A stretch of 64,000 nt of DNA from a virus. Position 1 is the stretch's first letter. The number at the start of each line of letters is the position of its first letter. Positions 17,921 through 26,278 of this stretch are shown here, one piece after another. The notes beneath the pieces are model-generated. The model had not been told where the DNA came from, did not search any database, and worked only from the letters and a program-made list of their open reading frames with translations. The translations under genes and the position numbers were made by a program. Location of the stretch: positions 4,134 to 68,133 of IMG/VR virus record IMGVR_UViG_3300035704_000387. One strand, 5' to 3'.

Positions 17921-18757
17921 TCACGCCCGCACCGCCAACCGACTCGTCTTCTTGAACTCGACGCCGGGCATCTCCGGCGGCTTCCCGGTCGCCTTGATCG
18001 TGTCGTGCATGTACTGGCGCAGAGCGGCGGTGAGGACTGCCTTGAGCGGCGTGCCGTCGGGGAGGTGATCTGGGAGCAAGCCGATATCGGTGACCTCGAA
18101 CTCCCAGTGCTCGGAGGTGCCGGCGCCCTCGGGCTTCACGGGCGCGGCGACCTCGGCTCGAGGGAGGGTCGGATCGGGCAGCGAGGAAATCGCCTCAGCG
18201 GCAGTCGTGGCTTCCGCGGCTTCTGCCGCGGTCTCCTCGGCCAGCAGGGCGAGCTCGGGATCCTCGGCCGCGAGCTCGCGAGCTTCCTGGGCTTCGCGCT
18301 CCTTGTCGGCCTGGGCTTTGCGCGCCGCAGCTTCCTCGGCCTCTCGCTTCTCGCGCTCCAGCCGCTCCCGCTCTTCGCGCTCGCGATCGAGACGCGCCTG
18401 CTCCTCCTGGCGCTTGCGCTCTACGTCGTCCAGATAGGTCTTGACGGTCCCGCGCAGAACATCCTCGACCTCCTTGAAGGGCGCGATGACCTCGTCGAAT
18501 CGGCCTTTGATCAGTTCCGCCGCGTCCTTGCGGGGTTTGGTCAACGAGACCCGCTTCTTCTCGATCGCTTTACGTTCGGCGATGACGGTGCGAAGGAGCG
18601 CGGTCGCCGCCTCCGCTGATTCCTCGTCGTCAACCTGGATCGACTCGGCGAGTGCTCGGGCGCGGGCGACTGCCTCCTCCCCGCCCCCGACCAGCTGGTC
18701 GAGATCGGTGGGCAGGAACTCTTGGACCTCGGCTGGAGCCACCTCGGTGCCCGTCAT
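17921..18757 (-). CDS. Coiled-coil protein of the recombination module
   Basis: Long coiled coil; C-terminal WEFEVTD...PGVEF. Confidence 0.7.
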   Translation of the reverse strand: MTGTEVAPAEVQEFLPTDLDQLVGGGEEAVARARALAESIQVDDEESAEAATALLRTVIAERKAIEKKRVSLTKPRKDAAELIKGRFDEVIAPFKEVEDVLRGTVKTYLDDVERKRQEEQARLDREREERERLEREKREAEEAAARKAQADKEREAQEARELAAEDPELALLAEETAAEAAEATTAAEAISSLPDPTLPRAEVAAPVKPEGAGTSEHWEFEVTDIGLLPDHLPDGTPLKAVLTAALRQYMHDTIKATGKPPEMPGVEFKKTSRLAVRA

Positions 18758-19704
18758 GCCGGCACCGCCTCTCGGGCCTTATTGGCCTCTCGCTCAGCCG
18801 CACGCATGCGCTGATCGAGTTGCTTCCCCGACTGCGAGGCGAGCAGGGCCGAGTTGAAATCAGCGTCGGTCGCGCAGCTCCAGAACTCCTGGTAGGTCCC
18901 GTCTGGGAGAAGGACGACGACCAGCTCTAGGTCCGACTCGCCGATCCCGCACTCGCGGTTGGACATCTTGTAGCCACGAAGCTGGACGTGGTCGGATTTG
19001 TAGGTGCGGGGCTTCTCGCGGGTCTTGTCGTCGATCAGGACGATCGCCGAGCCGTGACCGGGGTGCTCGCAGTCCTTCGGGAGCGGCGGCAGGCCCGGGG
19101 AGTCGAGATCCAGCAGGGCCAGCAGGTCGAAGGTGCCGGCGAACTTTCGCGTGTGGTGGACGGTCGCGCACTCGGCCGCGAAGGGCTCGGGCTGGCGGTC
19201 GCGCCACCACTTCAGTTTCGCCTGCCCGTAGCCTCGGGCCTCGTCGCTTAGACCGGCGAGACTCGGGGCCGAGCGACCCATGGCCAGCTCGAAGGTGATC
19301 TCTTTGTGGACCTCCTTGCCCTCGTCGGCTCGCTGGTTGCGACGGTCAGACCAGCGGAGCTTTCCCGCCTCCAGTGCTTCCGCGATCGCCTTCGGATCGG
19401 CGAGCCAGGTCAGGTCCCCCTCGGCGGCAAGCGCTGCGTCCGCGAGGGCGGCGATCCCTTCCCGCTCCAACCTCGCCGCCCAATACATGAGCGGGTCGGC
19501 GTCTGGATCGAGGTACTTGGAGATCCCCGAGGCGCCGGGAAGGCCAGAGCCCTGGATGTAGGAGAATCCGCCGGACGCCGCCGGGTTGGCTTTGATCTCC
19601 GCCCAGTAATAGTGGTTCTCGCCCCGGACTTCCTTGTAGATCGGGTCGCCCTTGGGGAACGAGAATTTCTCGAAGCGGCCGACCTGCTCGCTAGGCGGAA
19701 GCAT
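18754..19704 (-). CDS. PD-(D/E)XK exonuclease (RecE/Cas4-like fold)
   Basis: FAGTFDLL...LIDDKT...HVQLRGY. Confidence 0.8.
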   Translation of the reverse strand: MLPPSEQVGRFEKFSFPKGDPIYKEVRGENHYYWAEIKANPAASGGFSYIQGSGLPGASGISKYLDPDADPLMYWAARLEREGIAALADAALAAEGDLTWLADPKAIAEALEAGKLRWSDRRNQRADEGKEVHKEITFELAMGRSAPSLAGLSDEARGYGQAKLKWWRDRQPEPFAAECATVHHTRKFAGTFDLLALLDLDSPGLPPLPKDCEHPGHGSAIVLIDDKTREKPRTYKSDHVQLRGYKMSNRECGIGESDLELVVVLLPDGTYQEFWSCATDADFNSALLASQSGKQLDQRMRAAEREANKAREAVPA

Positions 19705-20815
19705 TCGCGGCCTCCGTCGTCTCGGCGTTCAGCTCCAGCTTCTCCAGCTCTTCTTCGATTGCCTGGCGCTGCTCGGGCGTGAAGGCAGCAAGAGCCTGAG
19801 CGAAGTCCGCAGACGGCGGGATCGCATCGAGCCCGATCGAGCCGAGCAGGACGTTGAAGCCGTCGTGCCAGTTGCCCTCGGCGCCGCCCTTGCCCAGGTG
19901 CTGGGAGCGGTCCTGGATCGCGGCGTTGAACTCCTCGACCTGGTGAATGATGCAGGCCTGGAGTTCCTTGGCGAGGTCCTTGGCCTCGTCCTCGGTCAGA
20001 GCGCCCAGCCCCTCGTCCAGCTTCCCGAGGTCGATCATCTTTGACCCGAGGTCGAGCGAACTTAGGATGGCGTTCACCCCGTCGAGGGTGTTGATCCCCA
20101 ACTCCTGTAGTGAGGGAGAGGCGAGGTTGATCAGCCACTTCAGCGGGGCGACGTGCGGGGGCTGGTCGGCGGGCGGCGTCTCCTCGACGACCTGGGCGTC
20201 GGTGACGACCTCCACCTCTGGGTAAACGACTTCGCCTTCGTCATCGACTTCCGCGCCTAGCTCCTCGGGCGTGTAGGCCGGGGTGCCTGCGGTGACGTCA
20301 GGAGCAAACTTTCGATGCCCGCGGGAGATGCAGCGAGCGAACAGCATGTCCTCCGGCGAGTTCTGCCAGCGGCGCGTCTCGGCAAGAGCCTTCCACTGGC
20401 CGTACTCCTTCACCTGCATCTTCTGGGCGCGCTCGTAGGTGAACTTGGAGATCCCCGCCGGCTCGTCGTTCTCGAAGAATTCGAGTTCGCAGACCTCGTT
20501 GTCGCTGCGCTTGACTTTGTAGTCGTACTTCTCGGATCGCTTGATCAGCGTGGCCAGCACGTTCGCGCTGTGGCTCGGCTTGCCGTCGATGATGCGGATG
20601 CCCTGCATCGAGGCCATCGGGCCGAGGCCGACTTCTTCCCCAGCGACGATCTTCACGATCGCCTGGCTCATCTCGGTCGCATCCTTGAAGTAGCCGGACG
20701 CGGCGAAGTGCCTGGCAAGTCCTTCTGGGTCGCGACGCATCAGCGGCGTCGTGTCGCGCCGACGGGTCACGGTTTGCGTCTGGGCGGTCGGTGCCTCCCC
20801 CACTCCCCCGCTCAC
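19691..20815 (-). CDS. RecT-like single-strand annealing protein
   Basis: KIVAGEEVGLGPMASMQGIRIIDGKP...WQNSPEDMLFARC...YTPEEL; next to the exonuclease. Confidence 0.75.
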   Translation of the reverse strand: MSGGVGEAPTAQTQTVTRRRDTTPLMRRDPEGLARHFAASGYFKDATEMSQAIVKIVAGEEVGLGPMASMQGIRIIDGKPSHSANVLATLIKRSEKYDYKVKRSDNEVCELEFFENDEPAGISKFTYERAQKMQVKEYGQWKALAETRRWQNSPEDMLFARCISRGHRKFAPDVTAGTPAYTPEELGAEVDDEGEVVYPEVEVVTDAQVVEETPPADQPPHVAPLKWLINLASPSLQELGINTLDGVNAILSSLDLGSKMIDLGKLDEGLGALTEDEAKDLAKELQACIIHQVEEFNAAIQDRSQHLGKGGAEGNWHDGFNVLLGSIGLDAIPPSADFAQALAAFTPEQRQAIEEELEKLELNAETTEAANASA

Positions 20816-21141
20816 GACTCCCGCTCCATGGCCCGGACTGCCTGCCGCAGGGCCGGGATCTCCTCACGGGCTTCCCCGATCTTGATCCCTGCCCGACCCA
20901 CGGGGACCGTTCCTGCCGAGCCGTCGCCAATGAAGCCGCTGATCGTCGCCAGCGCCGCCTCTGCCTCGGCGAGCTTTTGGGCGAAGTCTGAGATCCAGCC
21001 TTCGGCTCGCTCACGAGCGACGGTGTCTATCGGCGGGTTGTCGTGATCCAGCGGAGGAGCGCACTCGATCGGCGCCAACCGCCGGCCGTTGTCCACCCGC
21101 TCGACGATGTCGCCCGGGTGTATTAGGTTCTCTTCGTTCAC
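20812..21141 (-). CDS. Hypothetical protein
   Basis: GGAGG RBS; coupled. Confidence 0.55.
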   Translation of the reverse strand: MNEENLIHPGDIVERVDNGRRLAPIECAPPLDHDNPPIDTVARERAEGWISDFAQKLAEAEAALATISGFIGDGSAGTVPVGRAGIKIGEAREEIPALRQAVRAMERES

Positions 21142-21323
21142 GGGTTACCTCCGTGGATTGGGGCGTCGGGGACTTCAGATCCCACGGCGCCTCGTTTCGT
21201 TTGGGCGGGGAAAAGGTGGATGCCGGATCGCTGGCAGGTGCGGCGAGCGTCTCGAAGAGCCAGCGCGAAGCCGAGCACCAGGACCGCGATCAGGGCGAGG
21301 AGGCCGGGAGTTGTCGCCGTCAT
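21138..21323 (-). CDS. Small membrane protein
   Basis: N-terminal TM helix. Confidence 0.5.
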   Translation of the reverse strand: MTATTPGLLALIAVLVLGFALALRDARRTCQRSGIHLFPAQTKRGAVGSEVPDAPIHGGNP

Positions 21324-21589
21324 GCCGTCCTCCCGAGTTCGCGTGCTTCTTCGTTGCGGTGGCAGGTGGCGAGGTGCTCACGACGGGCGGCGTCGAGGTC
21401 GACGGGCCTCTCGGGCTCAGGGCGCTGACGCTGAAGGGCGGGGTAGCGCTTACACGCTCGCGTCGTTCGCTTGTAGGTGACGATGGCGGCGAGGGCCATC
21501 GCGATGAGCGAGCCCCCGATCCCCGCCACCGCAATCAGGAAGGCGATCAGGTACCGGTGCGCTTCAGCGGTGGTGAGGGTGGCGAGCAT
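21320..21589 (-). CDS. Small membrane protein
   Basis: TM segment; coupled. Confidence 0.5.
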   Translation of the reverse strand: MLATLTTAEAHRYLIAFLIAVAGIGGSLIAMALAAIVTYKRTTRACKRYPALQRQRPEPERPVDLDAARREHLATCHRNEEARELGRTA

Positions 21590-22071
21590 CAGCCGGTCTC
21601 CCCCGCCGCCGGCAGCTCGGCTAGAGGTCGCTCAAGCTGGACCGTGCCGGTGTCGGCAAGCTGCTCGAAGATCGTCCGGTTGGTCCGCACGTCGATCAGG
21701 TGGGCAAGGAACGCCTCCTCGAAGGTCTCGACGTTCTCCTGCACCGCCACCATGCGGGCCTTGAGGTTCCAGGCGATGACCCGCCAGATGCCCCGCTCCT
21801 CCTGCTCGTAGAGGTCGTCGCGGATCTGATCGATCGTCTTCGTCCGGGCCCGGCGGAGTTTGGCGTGGACTTCGCGCTCGTCCACCGGCTTCAGCGGCAC
21901 CCGGATTCGGACGGCGTTGAAACCGACGACGAACTGCAGGGCCGCCCAGCGGCGCCCTTCGTCGTCACGGTCCTCGGCGAAGGCCAGACGGCTCGCCCCC
22001 GCTTCGCTGAGCAGCTTGCGGACCGTGCCCTGCGAGCGCTCAACCGGAACGCTGGTCGACTCGTAGGCCAT
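21589..22071 (-). CDS. Conserved-looking phage hypothetical protein
   Basis: MAYESTSVPVERSQ...WRVIAWNLKA...FEEAFLAH. Confidence 0.7.
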   Translation of the reverse strand: MAYESTSVPVERSQGTVRKLLSEAGASRLAFAEDRDDEGRRWAALQFVVGFNAVRIRVPLKPVDEREVHAKLRRARTKTIDQIRDDLYEQEERGIWRVIAWNLKARMVAVQENVETFEEAFLAHLIDVRTNRTIFEQLADTGTVQLERPLAELPAAGETG

Positions 22072-22298
22072 CAGCCCCCCACCCCCGCCTCAGTCCGCTG
22101 GTCGACCAGATCGCACAATCCGTCGGCGACGCCATCGACCTGCTCCTCGATCTCGTCGATCTGAGACCGCAGCTGACCCGACCCTTTCACCCGGTTGCCG
22201 AGTACGCCGAGCCGGTGACGGATCACCCGCACGTCCTCCTCGATTCGGACCATTACCTGGTCGGCTTCGCTGGGGGAGTAGAAGCCTGCTCGGGGCAT
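22071..22298 (-). CDS. Hypothetical protein
   Basis: Coupled gene chain. Confidence 0.55.
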   Translation of the reverse strand: MPRAGFYSPSEADQVMVRIEEDVRVIRHRLGVLGNRVKGSGQLRSQIDEIEEQVDGVADGLCDLVDQRTEAGVGG

Positions 22299-22465
22299 CA
22301 GCGAGATTCCTCGGCGAGCATCAGCAAATTGAGGACGGCAACGGCAAGGTCAGCAGCGACAAGAGCGATCGAAAACTTGTCCCCGGTCAGCGCAGACGGA
22401 ACGTTGAGCGCGGCCGCGACGCAGAGTCCGATGAATACAAGTCGCCTTGCGTCGACCCGCTCCAC

Positions 22466-22705
22466 CTAGACCACCGCCCCACTCGCCTCGACCCGCCACG
22501 CTTCGACGGTCAGGTGCGTTTCAGGATCCTCATGCACATACCGGTGGCCACCCAGGACGGAGAGAGCCGCCATCCGGGCCTCCATGGGGAGGATGCCGGT
22601 CTCCGATTCGATCCGGGGCGCCAGTTGCTCGACGGGGACCTCGAAGCGGTCGATCAACTCCTCGGTCGAGTAGGGGTTGGAGACCTCGACGATGTAGACG
22701 CTCAT
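22466..22705 (-). CDS. Hypothetical protein
   Basis: ATGA-coupled to the RHH gene. Confidence 0.6.
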   Translation of the reverse strand: MSVYIVEVSNPYSTEELIDRFEVPVEQLAPRIESETGILPMEARMAALSVLGGHRYVHEDPETHLTVEAWRVEASGAVV

Positions 22706-22875
22706 GCTGCGGCCCGATCGGTTGCGGCCGCCTCGCCATTACTGCCCAGCCAGGCACGGAGGGCCATGCGGATCTCGGCTGCTCGCGACCGTTCCGACTC
22801 GGCGCGTTTCTCGTCAAGCCGGCGGAGCGTCTCCTTGTCCAGCTCGGTGGCTACGGGCGTGAGCTTCTTTGCCAT
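22702..22875 (-). CDS. 57-aa ribbon-helix-helix protein in the Cro position (not in the ORF track)
   Basis: MAKKLTPVATELDKETLRRLDEKRAESERSRAAEIRMALRAWL; first gene of the early operon, divergent from the repressor. Confidence 0.75.
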   Translation of the reverse strand: MAKKLTPVATELDKETLRRLDEKRAESERSRAAEIRMALRAWLGSNGEAAATDRAAA

Positions 22876-22920
22876 GCCGACAAGATAGCAGATTATCTTC
22901 GGTTGTCAAAGATTATCTGC
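22876..22920 (-). promoter_or_regulatory. Early promoter with two operators
   Basis: TTGACA (22909-22904), 16-bp spacer, TGcTATCTT (22887-22882), ATG 6 nt later (leaderless); AGATTATCT at 22890-22898 and 22910-22918. Confidence 0.75.
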
Positions 22921-22988
22921 GATTTCTTGTTTCGCTCACCGGACAAGCCGCGCGCAGCGGTCGAAATCTCCGTACAGTCCTGCGACGA

Positions 22989-23333
22989 ATGGCGGCGGAG
23001 AAGGAACCGGTCCGAGAGCTGGGCCGGCGGGTGGCGATGGCTCGGGCCTACCGGGGCCTCCACCAGACGGCGGTAGCCGAGAGATTCGGGATCGAACCGC
23101 AGACGCTGGGGCGCTACGAAAAGGGCGACATCCCCGAACATCGAATGCCGTGGCTCACCGACCGCTCGATCGAAGTGTTTGAACTCCCGGAGGAGTTCTT
23201 CGACCCGGAGGTCGACTTCAGCCGGCTAGCGCTGATGGTCGAGACGTGGCGACAGGCGAAGCGACTGCCCGATCCTGCTGAGCTGCCCCATCTGATCGAC
23301 CAAGTTCTGAATGAAATGCCGCGAGGCGGATAA
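22989..23333 (+). CDS. XRE-family immunity repressor (CI-like)
   Basis: LGRRVAMARAYRGLHQTAVAERFGIEPQTLGRYEKG HTH; divergent from the early operon; TACAGT at 22973. Confidence 0.8.
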   Translation: MAAEKEPVRELGRRVAMARAYRGLHQTAVAERFGIEPQTLGRYEKGDIPEHRMPWLTDRSIEVFELPEEFFDPEVDFSRLALMVETWRQAKRLPDPAELPHLIDQVLNEMPRGG

Positions 23334-23573
23334 GCCCGGGTCGAAGTTTCGACCGGCTCGGGAGCCGGTTCACGTGCCGGAGGGCGACAGCTTCAATCTC
23401 GGCGATCGCTTCAGCCTCCAGCCGGCGTAAGTCCGCCGCGTGATCCATACCTTCATGCGCTGCCGACCCGTCAGACACCTTCGTTGCAGCTCCCTTTAAC
23501 GGTCAATGGTTTGGCCCCGGGGTTATCCCGGATCGCCAAACCGCTTGTCAAGCCTTGGGCGCTGCAGATTTGT

Positions 23574-24170
23574 CTAGCGGGGTGGCGGCGTCTTGAGGAT
23601 CGCAAGGCACACGGACATATGGACGGTGTCGCCGTTCCCTCGAGCCCGTCGCTCTGCTGAGCGCTTCAGGATCTCGACAACCTCGTTCTGCTCAATCCGA
23701 TCGAAAAGCTCGATGAGTTCGTCGCAACCCTGGCTGTCGACCTTTACCGGCGTCCGATCGATAAGGAATTGGTTGTCCGTTCCAACCGTGCCGGCCTTCA
23801 CCGAGCGCGTGATGTCGTCGAAGAGTGCCTGGGTGTTCTGAGCGAAGAGGTACTCAGCCAAGCGCGGGTTCTCGTCAACCAGCGCGGTCCAGTCACTGTC
23901 ATCAATCAGGACAGGGCGGGTCGAACGGTAGAAGTGCTCGACCGTCCCGCGAACCGGCCGAGTTTCGACCAACTCGGCGCAGCCGAGCCTCACCAGCTCC
24001 TTGGTGTGGTGCGACACATTGGAGAGATTGGCGTCAAGCGTCTCGGCGAGTTCTTTTGGACTCGCCACCCGCTCGTAGAGGAGCAGCCAGATTTCGTGCC
24101 GCAGCTCGTGGACCATCGCTTTTAGGTGGTTCTGCCGGGCCGTCTGCCCCGAAAACGACTTGGTCGCCAT
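23574..24170 (-). CDS. ArsR-like winged-HTH regulator with about 110-aa C-terminal domain
   Basis: KAMVHELRHEIW...SPKELAETL..NLSNVSHH...VRGTVEHFYRS; AAGGAG RBS. Confidence 0.85.
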   Translation of the reverse strand: MATKSFSGQTARQNHLKAMVHELRHEIWLLLYERVASPKELAETLDANLSNVSHHTKELVRLGCAELVETRPVRGTVEHFYRSTRPVLIDDSDWTALVDENPRLAEYLFAQNTQALFDDITRSVKAGTVGTDNQFLIDRTPVKVDSQGCDELIELFDRIEQNEVVEILKRSAERRARGNGDTVHMSVCLAILKTPPPR

Positions 24171-24320
24171 TTCCTCTCCTTATCCAGAAGTGTTGAGCAG
24201 TAGAGGGTAGCCCTTCGCCGCAAACTCGTTTTTTGATCGCTACAGAACGATGTAGCGCCGGAACGACCTGCACCATCTTTACGGTCGCCTCCTCAGCTAT
24301 TTGCGGAGGGAGGTGAAGCC

Positions 24321-24380
24321 ATGCTGGCGATCAAGCTGGAGCGTCCGATGCCCGTCGCGCTCAAATCGAAGGGGGCATAG
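24321..24380 (+). CDS. 19-aa micropeptide MLAIKLERPMPVALKSKGA (not in the ORF track)
   Basis: Very strong RBS GGAGGGAGGTGA 4 nt upstream of the ATG; followed by a stem-loop. Confidence 0.6.
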   Translation: MLAIKLERPMPVALKSKGA

Positions 24381-24393
24381 CCCGCGCCTAATC

Positions 24394-24444
24394 GCGGTGC
24401 CCCTGGCTAGTCAGTTTTACCTGGGAGCCCGTCAGGGGCACCGC
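24394..24444 (+). terminator. Stem-loop after the micropeptide
   Basis: GCGGTGCCCCTG (24394-24405) pairs with CAGGGGCACCGC (24433-24444). Confidence 0.55.
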
Positions 24445-24504
24445 TCGAAGCCGCACCCCCTTGGCTGTAGACGCCCCAGGCACCCTCGGCGAGACACTGC
24501 CTAC

Positions 24505-24690
24505 ATGCTCGGGGCAAGGGAACCCCGGCGGCTCAGCATCGACCCGGCAAGCGTGAGCGTCTGTCGCGGCCTGCTGATGCTCGGATCTCGCCACCACTTC
24601 ATCCCGGAGACGGAGCGGGAGGTCGAAGCGCTCTCCGGCTGGGAGGTCGTGCGGCGGGTCGAGGTGATCGTCCTGCGCCGGCGACGCTGA
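24505..24690 (+). CDS. Possible small hypothetical protein
   Basis: 61-aa ORF from ATG 24505; weak support. Confidence 0.3.
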   Translation: MLGAREPRRLSIDPASVSVCRGLLMLGSRHHFIPETEREVEALSGWEVVRRVEVIVLRRRR

Positions 24691-24843
24691 GCCCTTCGGA
24701 GATTTGCGTCGACCGAACCCGGGAGGGAAAATCGCCATGGCGGCGGCCCGGCTGAACCCCCGGCGCTGTAGCGAATGCCGGGTCGTCCCACCCCCCCGGA
24801 CGACGAGCAGGAATCCTGTCGTTCCTATAGCTTGCGGCCCAGC

Positions 24844-25107
24844 GTGGCGAAGGCAGAAGCGCCAGAACAGCACGACAAACGGGCTGAAAAGCCAGAGGCA
24901 AAGTGCCCCCGTCACCCCGACAAGGACTACCGGAAGCTGGTCGACAAGGCGTGGAAGGCCGGCTGGTGGTGCGAGGAACGTCGCAAGTACATCTACTGCC
25001 GGCCACCAGATAAGAAGCTGGACATCGTGAAGATCCCGATGACGCCGAATCAACGAACGATCCACAACGTCAAACGAAACCTGCGAGCGTCTGGTTTAGA
25101 CGTGTAA
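24844..25107 (+). CDS. HicA-like small basic protein (putative toxin)
   Basis: KDYRKLVDKAWKAGW...IPMTP..RTIHNVKRNLRASG pattern; canonical His not evident. Confidence 0.5.
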   Translation: MAKAEAPEQHDKRAEKPEAKCPRHPDKDYRKLVDKAWKAGWWCEERRKYIYCRPPDKKLDIVKIPMTPNQRTIHNVKRNLRASGLDV

Positions 25108-25123
25108 TCTTGAGGAGGGCGAG

Positions 25124-25492
25124 ATGGCAGCAGAATCGAAAATCGGGAAGGAACGTTGCTCTGAGGCCAACGTCCTGATCGAGTTCCAAATGCTCGAGCC
25201 CATGTCGGAGGAGGTGCTCGACGCGAACTCCGATGACGTGCTCGAGGCCGTCGAATCCGGCGCTTCCGATGTCGCACTCGGGGCCTGCATCGCCCTCAAC
25301 CCGCACGAGAATTCGATCAAGCTGCGGTTCGATGTCCTCGCCAAGAACGACGCCGAGGTCCACAAAAAGATCGCGAAAGTCATCACGGTGATCTTGCGCG
25401 ACACGGACTTCGAGTTGCACGTCAACCGCTCGAGCGTCCAGGCTCAGCAAGACGGCGAGCGGGCACAGACCGGCGAATTCGCCGCAGCGTAG
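25124..25492 (+). CDS. Acidic partner protein (putative antitoxin)
   Basis: GAGGAGG RBS; directly after the HicA-like gene. Confidence 0.5.
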   Translation: MAAESKIGKERCSEANVLIEFQMLEPMSEEVLDANSDDVLEAVESGASDVALGACIALNPHENSIKLRFDVLAKNDAEVHKKIAKVITVILRDTDFELHVNRSSVQAQQDGERAQTGEFAAA

Positions 25493-25513
25493 TCCCTGCC
25501 TCGGAAACTCGGA

Positions 25514-25756
25514 TCAGTCCTTCTCGCCGATCTCCTCGGCCAGGGCGAAGACGTCCACCAGGCTGGTCTCGAGCGCCGCGGCGATCTTGGCGACCGAGAT
25601 AATCGTCGGGTTCCGATAGCCCCGCTCCATCTGCGTGACCCAGGTGATGTGGACGCCGGCTTTCTCTGCGACTGCTTCCTGGGTCAGTCCCTTCTGTTCC
25701 CGCATCTGCTTCAAGGCAGCGCCTACAGCTTTGGGGAGATCGTCGGGCGAGAGCAT
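25514..25756 (-). CDS. XRE HTH regulator (controller-protein-like)
   Basis: LKQMREQKGLTQEAVAEKAGVHITWVTQMERGYRNPTI. Confidence 0.85.
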   Translation of the reverse strand: MLSPDDLPKAVGAALKQMREQKGLTQEAVAEKAGVHITWVTQMERGYRNPTIISVAKIAAALETSLVDVFALAEEIGEKD

Positions 25757-25789
25757 GGGTGGCCGAGCAAATCCGTCTCCCTAGGCCGG

Positions 25790-25801
25790 CGTCTATAGAC
25801 G
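25790..25801. promoter_or_regulatory. Palindromic operator candidate
   Basis: CGTCTATAGACG, perfect 12-bp palindrome between divergent regulators. Confidence 0.5.
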
Positions 25802-25834
25802 ATGTATCAGGTAGCGTTACCTCCTTGAATCGAG

Positions 25835-26170
25835 TTGAGCGCCGAGACGATGCCTGACCGAGACGACGCCGACGGTTCGGCGGCAGTAGCCGCCATCTGC
25901 AAGGCCCTCTCTCATCCTCTGCGAGTCGAGTTCATCGAGGCGCTCCAGCGCGACGACGGCACCCTCTCGGCATCGAAATTCGCCAACGCCAAGGACGCCG
26001 ACCTTTCCCGGGTCGCGTATCACGCCGTTCGCCTGAAGGAGGCCGGTGTGCTCGAGGTCGCTAGCGAGCGGAAGGTCCGAGGGGCGACAGAACGGTCTTA
26101 CTCGCTCACCGGGACCAATGCCGAGCTCGCCGTTAAGCTGATCGCGATGGCTCGGAACGGATGCGGCTGA
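25835..26170 (+). CDS. ArsR-like winged-HTH regulator (DNA-binding domain only)
   Basis: KALSHPLRVEFIEAL...LSRVAYHAVRLKEAGVL...VRGATERSY. Confidence 0.85.
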   Translation: MSAETMPDRDDADGSAAVAAICKALSHPLRVEFIEALQRDDGTLSASKFANAKDADLSRVAYHAVRLKEAGVLEVASERKVRGATERSYSLTGTNAELAVKLIAMARNGCG

Positions 26171-26194
26171 GCTCAGGGCTGAGGCTCAGAACGC

Positions 26195-26229
26195 AAAAAG
26201 GCCCGCCGCCTCGGAAGAGACGACGGGCC
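26195..26229 (-). terminator. Intrinsic terminator after the Rpf-like gene
   Basis: Minus strand GGCCCGTCGTCTC-TTCC-GAGGCGGCGGGCC-TTTTT. Confidence 0.75.
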
Positions 26230-26278
26230 AGTTACCCAATCCCCGGATGGTCGGGGTATATGTAATGCGGGGGCGAGA

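Noticed and set aside
23574-24380. Canonical arbitrium (AimR/AimP)
   Set aside because: The regulator is a 198-aa wHTH without TPR repeats and the peptide lacks a Sec signal; kept only as an analogous candidate
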